Below, piece after piece: positions 17,421 through 24,468 of a stretch of 26,453 nucleotides of DNA. The notes under the pieces were generated by a model. That model saw only the letters and a program-made list of their open reading frames with translations. It searched no databases and was not told where the DNA came from. The translations under genes were made by a program, and so were the position numbers. This stretch comes from a virus. Taxonomy: Duplodnaviria; Caudoviricetes. The stretch spans positions 1-26,453 of IMG/VR virus record IMGVR_UViG_3300016469_000156. The stretch is one strand, 5' to 3'. How positions within the stretch are numbered: position 1 is the first letter of the stretch; each line of letters starts with the position of its first letter.

Positions 17421-19271
17421 TTATTTGCTCAGGGGAGCGTCAAATTCCCCGGCGCTTAATTGAGTCTGGGTCTGAGCTCCTCCCATAGAGGGCGGTTGAC
17501 CCGTGGGCCTTTCTGAAATCGCACTAGCGACTCCAGCCGATCTAGCCGTGGAGGATATAGGTGGCTTTGCCGTTGAAGCATATCGCAGAAACGGTATAAT
17601 CTTCTCCGTGGTTGTTGTCGGTTGCTTCAGGGAGTAAAATAAGGCGGCGACCTGAGATGGTGTTACTATGTTTCCATGCATCAACTGAGCAAAGGACACA
17701 GCAGTCACAAGCGGCTCCCCAGTGGCTTGGCTTGCTTGGGGACCAGACGCATTACGGGATGCTTTTCCAATTACCGCAAGATCAGCGTCTCGCATAGCCA
17801 TCAAGCCAGCATCCTTGATGTCAGCAAACTGATTAGGCGCGACTTCAATCTTCCACGGCTCTGCCTTTGAGATCATTGACCCAGGAGGAGGATTTACTTG
17901 AGACCGTATATACTTCAACTTTTCCAAGCCCTCCTGCACCCCTTCTTTTAAGGACCGAGCGAACAATTCCCTAACTTTTGACTTCAAGTGCTCCGACTCC
18001 GAAACTTGAAAGTTTGGGTTTTTTGCTTTGTCATAGAACTGGTGAAGCTTTAGGTAAAAGTTCTTCTTATTTTCAGTAGCCTCTTTGAATGTTAAATCCT
18101 GCATTCCGCCCTGGGGAAGGGTTTTTTCAAATCCAGAAAACAGGGATTCAAGCGTCCTCTTCTCTTGGTCGTCAAGGTTGTCCCATCCTTGTTGCTTCTT
18201 GAACTTATTCCAGTTATCAGCCAACTTGCTTCGTATGTCAACGATTCTCGCGCTTGCATCGATCAAGCCAGTGGGATCAGCCATCCCTTGCTGATGCTTT
18301 AATACGGAAGCCTCTTCTAACCATTTGTCTGCGTCGTCCGCAGCCTTCTCCATATTGTCAGAGATTTTCTTGAATCGAGCCTCTATGGCCTGAACGCCTT
18401 TCTTTGAAAAATCGCTCTCTGTCTCCAGTAGGCGATTTGCCAACTCCTCTTGGTAGTCTTCGCCGATAGTCTTCTTTGGCAAAACGGATTTAGCTGCCTT
18501 CAGTAAGAATCCCTTGGCTGTTTTCTTCGCCCCCCTGCCCGCTAGGCTTAAGGCTGTCTCTATAGCCGCTCCCGTCTTGGCGTCTTTAATAGCCGCCTCG
18601 GCATCTCCGGTCTTTGACGCCTGCTGAATCCCTGAGGTGGTGGCACCAGTAGCAGCCCTACCGGTGTACCGCAAGGGTTCCTTTAACAAATACTTTCCAA
18701 GGCCAGCTTCAGTGGCCTTGGCGACAGGAGCTGCCTTGGTCATTAACTTGGAGCCAAGAGCAAGGAGCTTCGGGGACTTCAGCACGGCCTGCTTTACCCA
18801 CCCACTCGGAATAGCCAACTGAGCAACGTCTCCAACGACGGAGCCAATCTTTCCAGCCACAGTGTCAGGTGCCTCCCCGATTGAGGCTAGAGTCACCGGA
18901 CGCTTGCCTCCGTCTGGAGTGCCAGTCTCGAAAAGAACCACCTTACTAGGGTCGCCGCCACCAAGTCGCATCAATTGAGCGGGGATTCCCGTGATCGAAG
19001 TGGCGGCACCGGCGGCTAGATCAGCTAATGATTTAAGGCCCCAGCTTCCCGTTGCCGCGATTGGGTCAGCAACATCTTCAGCCACGGATTTCCCAAGTCC
19101 AGAAACAACTTGAGATGAAATTCCAGGAGCCGAAGTCGGCGGCGGCGGCGTTGGTCCCATTTTAGCGCCTAGCTTCAGGGCATTCTGGACCTGATCCTCA
19201 GGAATGTCCCAAGACTCCTTTCCGTCTGGGGACATCATAATTACTGTTTTCTTGCCGTTTCCATCAGCCAT
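17421..19271 (-). CDS. Putative internal virion/DNA ejection protein (616 aa)
   Basis: TAATG coupling to the upstream gene; Gly/Ala-rich amphipathic N-terminal half, helical C-terminal half, no Cys; position in the ejection gene block. Confidence 0.65.
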   Translation of the reverse strand: MADGNGKKTVIMMSPDGKESWDIPEDQVQNALKLGAKMGPTPPPPTSAPGISSQVVSGLGKSVAEDVADPIAATGSWGLKSLADLAAGAATSITGIPAQLMRLGGGDPSKVVLFETGTPDGGKRPVTLASIGEAPDTVAGKIGSVVGDVAQLAIPSGWVKQAVLKSPKLLALGSKLMTKAAPVAKATEAGLGKYLLKEPLRYTGRAATGATTSGIQQASKTGDAEAAIKDAKTGAAIETALSLAGRGAKKTAKGFLLKAAKSVLPKKTIGEDYQEELANRLLETESDFSKKGVQAIEARFKKISDNMEKAADDADKWLEEASVLKHQQGMADPTGLIDASARIVDIRSKLADNWNKFKKQQGWDNLDDQEKRTLESLFSGFEKTLPQGGMQDLTFKEATENKKNFYLKLHQFYDKAKNPNFQVSESEHLKSKVRELFARSLKEGVQEGLEKLKYIRSQVNPPPGSMISKAEPWKIEVAPNQFADIKDAGLMAMRDADLAVIGKASRNASGPQASQATGEPLVTAVSFAQLMHGNIVTPSQVAALFYSLKQPTTTTEKIIPFLRYASTAKPPISSTARSAGVASAISERPTGQPPSMGGAQTQTQLSAGEFDAPLSK

Positions 19272-21271
19272 TACTGACTCCTTTTCTTGGCTCCAGGGAT
19301 TTGCGAAAGAGATCCGGGCGGCGTGACTGGCGAAGTTGGCGGCGGGGTGTATTTACGTTCTTTCGGAGCCGATCCATCTTTCGGAGTCGATCCGTAAAAA
19401 GTCTGTTGAATCTTTTCTGGATCAATTTGCCAACCACTAATGGACTGAATTCTGTCTTGCTTCTCTCGGTCGTCAATTCGTTTCAATTGACCGTAAAAGC
19501 CCTTAATTAATTTCCATAACTCAATCCTGGCCCCAGGAGTAGACTTCGTACTGCCCGTTCCTAAAAACGCATTCAACGTCGCCCTAAGGTTGGCCGCTGG
19601 CCCAGATATATCAGCGCCATACCCTTCCTCTTCCAGCGGTCTGACAACGCTTCCATCGTCGGTTATTTTTGCAGCTAGGCGCTGGAGGGATTTATCCATC
19701 AAGCTCAAGTGATTTTGGCGCTGATTCTCCGGTATTTTTGACATATACCCTGCGGGATCTGCAATGTAAGCATCAACATTGATCCCCTGGCCCTTGTCCT
19801 CGCTCAGGAAGGCATTATATTGAGAATCCATCTTTCTGAACGTGTCATGAGCCTTGCTGTTCAAGTACATAGTATGTGCCTTGACGAGGGCATCTTGCTT
19901 TTTAATGTTTAACTTATCCTCTGCCTCAGCCTCTCTCCTTGCATTGCCTCTGACCTGTCGCTGTTCTGCCGCAATATCTGCTCGGTCCTTATCTAGTTTG
20001 TCGGTGATGTATTTCGACACCCTAGCGTTGATACCTTTAATAACCGGCAAGTCGCCTTGATTTATAGCTTGATTGATCTCCGACCTGAAGGCGGCAATCA
20101 CCCGAGGGTCTTCCCCTTTTAGGAGCTGATCAACGGATTTCGTTGCGCTATCTACAGCCTCTTTTACCTCTAGGCTAGTTCCCTGTCCAGGCTTCAGCCT
20201 CTTCAGCGAAGGAAGTGGGTAAAGAGTCTGAGTGTCAGGGTCGTAAATGCCAGACATTACTCCCCTGCCTGGATAATTGACCGTAATGTTTTTGCCGGTC
20301 AAACGCTTGCCTCCAGGGGTCTCAAACTCCTCAGTGGTCTGGCTCTCACGGTAAAGAGGGATGCCGGTAACCTGAGCCGCAGTAGCCGCTTGGTTAATCT
20401 CCGCTTGGCTAAGAGGAATACCAACTCGCGCCGGAGATGACTCTTCCTTGGCCGGGACCGGCGGCTGCGCTCCCGCCATCACTGGGGCGGGAGCGACCGG
20501 AGGGATTCCTGTCCCCGCCGCCGTTGCGCCGGAAGATGCCCGCGCACCCCCCTGCCCAAAATACTGCTGCATCACTTGCATCTTGAGCTGATCGGATGGA
20601 GACACCGACCTAAACTCTTGGAGGGCCTCAGACAAAGCAGGAGAGGCGAACGCGCCGCCAAGCGACTGCTCTGCCTCTTGGCGTATAGCCGATATCCCAG
20701 GGTCTTTAAGGATATCGCCAGACTGCATATAGGGATTATCCTTAATTAGCTGCCCAAGCCTCGACCTAATCCGTCCCTCGTACTGAGACGCAAGCCTAGT
20801 CTTTGAGCGATTTGGGTCGCTGACGGCCTGTAACGCCTTCAGCACCGGGTCCATGGTAAGTTCCATGCCTTTTTTTGGCACAGGACCAGCCACCGAGGAG
20901 GCGATGTTCTTAATTACGTCAGTCAGCGGGTTGCCGGTTTTTTTAGACGTAGCCTCCGGGTCACCAGCGATTCGCCGGATCAGCGGTGCTTCCAATTCTG
21001 CGTAAAGACCTCGCTTCTCATTGTCCGTCAGGTCGCTGGACGCAACACGCTGCATCGCCTGCTGGTAGGCGTCAAATTTGCGCTGCTCTTCCATCTGCTG
21101 CTGCATATACTTCTGCTGACGACCCTGGCGCAAGCCGCTAATGAAGTTCATCGCGATATTGCCAATCGCAGATCCTGTACCCTCAAGGCCGGTTGGCTGG
21201 GGTGCTTGAACCTGCGGCGTAATCTTCAACTGCTGTAGATACTCGGAGAACGGTCCTTCTTGTTGTGCCAT
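19271..21271 (-). CDS. Putative internal virion/DNA ejection protein (666 aa)
   Basis: N-terminal GSAIGNIAMNFISGLRQGRQQ followed by a Gln-rich coiled coil; no Cys; second gene of the block. Confidence 0.65.
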   Translation of the reverse strand: MAQQEGPFSEYLQQLKITPQVQAPQPTGLEGTGSAIGNIAMNFISGLRQGRQQKYMQQQMEEQRKFDAYQQAMQRVASSDLTDNEKRGLYAELEAPLIRRIAGDPEATSKKTGNPLTDVIKNIASSVAGPVPKKGMELTMDPVLKALQAVSDPNRSKTRLASQYEGRIRSRLGQLIKDNPYMQSGDILKDPGISAIRQEAEQSLGGAFASPALSEALQEFRSVSPSDQLKMQVMQQYFGQGGARASSGATAAGTGIPPVAPAPVMAGAQPPVPAKEESSPARVGIPLSQAEINQAATAAQVTGIPLYRESQTTEEFETPGGKRLTGKNITVNYPGRGVMSGIYDPDTQTLYPLPSLKRLKPGQGTSLEVKEAVDSATKSVDQLLKGEDPRVIAAFRSEINQAINQGDLPVIKGINARVSKYITDKLDKDRADIAAEQRQVRGNARREAEAEDKLNIKKQDALVKAHTMYLNSKAHDTFRKMDSQYNAFLSEDKGQGINVDAYIADPAGYMSKIPENQRQNHLSLMDKSLQRLAAKITDDGSVVRPLEEEGYGADISGPAANLRATLNAFLGTGSTKSTPGARIELWKLIKGFYGQLKRIDDREKQDRIQSISGWQIDPEKIQQTFYGSTPKDGSAPKERKYTPPPTSPVTPPGSLSQIPGAKKRSQ

Positions 21272-21277
21272 GAGTCT

Positions 21278-22075
21278 TTACCGATAACTGAGGTAGTTAG
21301 ATATATTAGAAGGAGCCTGGGGTGATTGATAATTAAATGGACTGGGCGAGCCAGAGAACCCAGGAAAGCCAGAGAAGAGAGTAGATCCCGCTGGCTGAAT
21401 AGGTACGCCACCCATGGTCGGCATGCTTAGCGAGCCAAGCGATGTGGCGAATTGCGGGATTGCCGGAACTAGATCCTTAGGCGACCAAGTCTTCGCCGCT
21501 CCCGCCGCGCCTCCCTTTCCTCCCATCAATCCGCCGGTCACCAGACCGCCAGCCAAGCCAGCCATGCTGCCAAGCAAGCCAAGCTGAGAAGCCTTCTGCT
21601 GCTGCTGTATCTGCATGATCTGTTGGTTCGTACTGGCAGCGCCTTCAACTCCACGGTAGCCAGCGCCAGCCGTAGACAGCCCAGTGCTTCCGCTTTCAGC
21701 CGCCAACCCCTGCAAGGCTGGAAAAGCAGATAAGTATTGCTGATTCAAGAGCGCAGCTTGCTGCCCACCGGCCTCACGCCCCAACTGGCCCAGCGCAGCC
21801 GTTCGCGCCGCGCCAGGAGCCATCTCCATAATATTAGCCCGAGCCTGCTGCGTAGCCCTCGCCAAATTCCCCAGCGGAACTGCGGAGGCAGTCATGAGCT
21901 TAGTTGGATCACCCGACGCTAACTGAGTGTAATGGTCTATGACAGGAGCTTGGAGCTGGCGGCGCTGAGCCAAATCCTGTTTAGACTGGTCCATAAAGAA
22001 CCGGCCCATCTCCTCCTGCGTTCTACTTAAACCTTCCTGGCGCTGTTGTGATGCTTTGCGATTTCCCGCACCCAT
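21278..22075 (-). CDS. Putative small ejection/pilot protein (265 aa)
   Basis: Gln/Ala/Gly-rich, with QQQQKASQLGLLGSMAGLAGGLVTGGLMGG (Gly-zipper hydrophobic segment) typical of the first podophage ejection protein. Confidence 0.68.
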   Translation of the reverse strand: MGAGNRKASQQRQEGLSRTQEEMGRFFMDQSKQDLAQRRQLQAPVIDHYTQLASGDPTKLMTASAVPLGNLARATQQARANIMEMAPGAARTAALGQLGREAGGQQAALLNQQYLSAFPALQGLAAESGSTGLSTAGAGYRGVEGAASTNQQIMQIQQQQKASQLGLLGSMAGLAGGLVTGGLMGGKGGAAGAAKTWSPKDLVPAIPQFATSLGSLSMPTMGGVPIQPAGSTLFSGFPGFSGSPSPFNYQSPQAPSNISNYLSYR

Positions 22076-22130
22076 AAATAAAAGGAGACTCCTCTACCCA
22101 ATTGTAGGTTTTGGAGTCTCCTAATATCAA
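22076..22130 (-). promoter_or_regulatory. SD-sequestering, terminator-like hairpin with an embedded promoter
   Basis: Minus strand: TTGATA-tt-AGGAGACTCC-aaaacc-TACAAT-tgggtaga-GGAGTCTCCT-TTTATTT-ATG. Perfect 10-bp arms at 22083-22092 and 22113-22122; -35/-10 spacing 18 nt. Confidence 0.65.
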
Positions 22131-22139
22131 AGTAAAATG

Positions 22140-23126
22140 CTAGCCGAGAGCCGCCATGAGCTTCGCCTGCAAAGTATCACAGTAGGCTTGGTTCATTAAC
22201 AGGTATTGAATTGCCCGGTCCTTGCCCTGCACCCTCTCTTCGTTTACGGTATACCAAGCGCCAGCACGTTCGATATCCCCGGAATCAATCCCCAAGTCCA
22301 AGAGATCCCGCTCCCTAGAGAACCCCTCGCCATAGACCACCTCGGGTTCGCACTCCTTAAAGGGCGGAGCGATCTTATTCTTGACAATTTTGACTTTTAC
22401 CGTGTTGCCGACGACCTCCTCTCCATCCTTCTGCAACGTGGACCGCGAGGCCTCGATCCGCATGGACGCGAAGAATTTCAATGCCCTTCCGCCCGGAGTG
22501 GTGTTCGGACTCCCGTAAGTCACCCCAATCTTCTCGCGAATCTGGTTAATCATTACAAGAGCAGTATTTGATTCCAAGGCCAGCTTGGCAAACTGAGGGC
22601 AGGCTTTACTCATTAATCGCGGAAGAACTCCAACATTCGCATCTCCCATCTCACCTTCCGAGACGACCCTGGGAGTAAGCGAAGCCACTGAATCTAAAAC
22701 GATTAAGCCAAACGCACCCGACTCAAGCGCAAATTTTATGACATCCAGACCCTGCTCTCCGGTATCGGGCTGGCAGACCGCAAGATCATCTAGATTGATT
22801 CCCAAGTTCTTGGCGTATTTCGGATCTAGGGCATGTTCCGTATCTACAAAGAGAACGCCCTCGCCTCCCTTTTGGCAATTGGCCGCAGCGTGAAGAGCCA
22901 GTGTCGTCTTGCCAGAAGACTCTGCTCCATAAACTTCAGTAATTCGACCACGCGGAAAGCCACCCACGCCTGTGGCTATGTCAATCTTTGGGGAACCAGT
23001 GGAGAAAACATCCACCTTTTGCCGCTTATCACTCGCCGTAATGATTACGGATTGCCCATGTTCCTTCCTTGCCGCCTGAAGGAACTTTTCAAGTTTCTCT
23101 TTTCTGCTGTTTTTTTCGTCGCTCAT
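22140..23126 (-). CDS. recA: RecA recombinase (bacterial type)
   Basis: STGS..IDIATGVGGFPRGRITEVYG, Walker A GAESSGKTT, DTEHALDP, Walker B IVLDSVA, INQIREKIGV.YGSP.TTPGGRALKF, KNKIAPPFK. Confidence 0.97.
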   Translation of the reverse strand: MSDEKNSRKEKLEKFLQAARKEHGQSVIITASDKRQKVDVFSTGSPKIDIATGVGGFPRGRITEVYGAESSGKTTLALHAAANCQKGGEGVLFVDTEHALDPKYAKNLGINLDDLAVCQPDTGEQGLDVIKFALESGAFGLIVLDSVASLTPRVVSEGEMGDANVGVLPRLMSKACPQFAKLALESNTALVMINQIREKIGVTYGSPNTTPGGRALKFFASMRIEASRSTLQKDGEEVVGNTVKVKIVKNKIAPPFKECEPEVVYGEGFSRERDLLDLGIDSGDIERAGAWYTVNEERVQGKDRAIQYLLMNQAYCDTLQAKLMAALG

Positions 23127-23622
23127 TCCACTGCTCCTTTGTGATTGATGAGGTCACACAAGCGTCGATCTTGCCCTGATAGGTGCAAAAATTCTCGACA
23201 GGCTCATATGTCCTTAGCCCTAATCTTTTGGCGTACACAATCGCTGGCCTATTCGATAGGGGAGTAGTCCCAAAAAGAAAGTCCACTTTGCATACGTCAA
23301 AAGAATAGTCTAACATCAGACGCCCCGCCTGTAAAGCCTCGAAAACATTGCAGTTATCCATGAAGCCGAACCCCAACTCAGCCTTCGTCAGGGTCGGCTC
23401 CACGCCAATAATAAGCGGGTTTTCCACCCACCCAGCGCCAATCAGTTCATCTCCGCGAAACGCCCCATAGAAGATGGCCGTCTTCATGGCCCAATCAAGG
23501 GCGAATTTCAGGTCGTGCGGAAATGTGTAAAATACTTGGTTTGCTCGGCCCGACTGAAGCATGTTCAAGTACCACAGGCCGATTAGGTTTGGCGATTGAT
23601 TGATTGGCTGTATTGTTATCAT
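23089..23622 (-). CDS. GNAT-fold protein (P22 gp14 / T7 gp13-like position and fold)
   Basis: FYGAFRGDELIGAGWV...AELGFGF...LFGTTPLSNRPAIVYAKRLGL (GNAT N..A....K.LG motif); lies between the tail and ejection genes. Confidence 0.7.
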   Translation of the reverse strand: MITIQPINQSPNLIGLWYLNMLQSGRANQVFYTFPHDLKFALDWAMKTAIFYGAFRGDELIGAGWVENPLIIGVEPTLTKAELGFGFMDNCNVFEALQAGRLMLDYSFDVCKVDFLFGTTPLSNRPAIVYAKRLGLRTYEPVENFCTYQGKIDACVTSSITKEQWNERRKKQQKRET

Positions 23623-24130
23623 TTTTCTCAAACCGATAGACCATTACGAACGATGGCTCAATATGGATCGGCAGTCCAGTATTGTTCAACCAGACCGCCA
23701 TCTTTACTAGCAACATGTTATCGGGCTGCAAAAGCCCGCCAATCGAGACATCGTAATCAAAGGCAGAGCGACGCACCTCCCCGCCGGTAGCGTCTTGGAT
23801 ATAGAGCATTGTATTGTCAGCGCCTAAATCCATGCGAATGCTTCCGTCCGGCGCGGTAGTCTGCAACCCAAACAGAACCCCGGCAAAAGTCCCTGGTTTT
23901 ACTTGGCCGATCGGCCAAAGAAGAAGATCTCCATATACCTTGAGAATTCGTACTCGATACCCAGCGGGGGGGTTGAATTTGATGATCTTGACGACAGACC
24001 CTGCTGTTCCCCACGTGTCTGGTCGATTGTCTGGCGAGCCTAAGAGATCGACCGTGAAGTTCGTGGCCGCTGAATGGGTTTGCGCTGTTGTCGGAATCAT
24101 GCAAATCAATAGCAAAGCTAGCGTCTTCAT
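23495..24130 (-). CDS. Hypothetical protein with N-terminal signal peptide
   Basis: TAATG coupling at 24130 gives MKTLALLLICMIPTTAQ (Sec-like signal) followed by a beta-strand-rich domain; the 3' end overlaps the GNAT gene by 128 nt. Confidence 0.7.
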   Translation of the reverse strand: MKTLALLLICMIPTTAQTHSAATNFTVDLLGSPDNRPDTWGTAGSVVKIIKFNPPAGYRVRILKVYGDLLLWPIGQVKPGTFAGVLFGLQTTAPDGSIRMDLGADNTMLYIQDATGGEVRRSAFDYDVSIGGLLQPDNMLLVKMAVWLNNTGLPIHIEPSFVMVYRFEKNDNNTANQSIAKPNRPVVLEHASVGPSKPSILHISARPEIRP

Positions 24131-24456
24131 TAGGACAACTCTAGCTGTTTTTTGATCGGAAGAACCCATTCAAGGTCATTCGGACTGAATCCTTTATGGG
24201 TCTTGATGAGATCGTAGAGCTTTTTTCGTTCTTCTTTTTCCAGTTCGATCTTTTCGACTCCAGCCGCCGCAGCGGAGACCTCGTCGATAATCAGTTCGCC
24301 AGAAGGCAAAGATCGAAGAAACGATTCCTTGTCTTCCAGTTTTACCTTATTGCGGATATCAAAAAAGACCTCGATCTCCTCGACCGAGCCGCGCTGCTGA
24401 CCGAGGAGAATTTCAAGAAAGATGCGTTGACGAATACTGAATTCAAGTGCTGCCAT
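24130..24456 (-). CDS. Hypothetical protein (108 aa), possible tail-fibre assembly chaperone
   Basis: Small charged helical protein directly downstream of the tail fibre gene; function inferred from position only. Confidence 0.65.
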   Translation of the reverse strand: MAALEFSIRQRIFLEILLGQQRGSVEEIEVFFDIRNKVKLEDKESFLRSLPSGELIIDEVSAAAAGVEKIELEKEERKKLYDLIKTHKGFSPNDLEWVLPIKKQLELS

Positions 24457-24468
24457 AGATTGATTATA
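24457..24468 (-). promoter_or_regulatory. Putative -10 element giving a leaderless mRNA
   Basis: The whole 12-nt intergenic gap reads TATAAT-CAATCT before the ATG; no SD, no clear -35. Confidence 0.5.

Noticed and set aside
1-23126. Inteins or introns in dnaB, nrdJ or recA
   Set aside because: Motifs are contiguous and lengths are normal; no intein or homing endonuclease insertion seen.
22140-23200. recA as a sign of host chromosome or a prophage boundary; LexA box upstream
   Set aside because: It is flanked on both sides by co-oriented phage-like virion genes and overlaps one of them; no recognisable SOS box seen.
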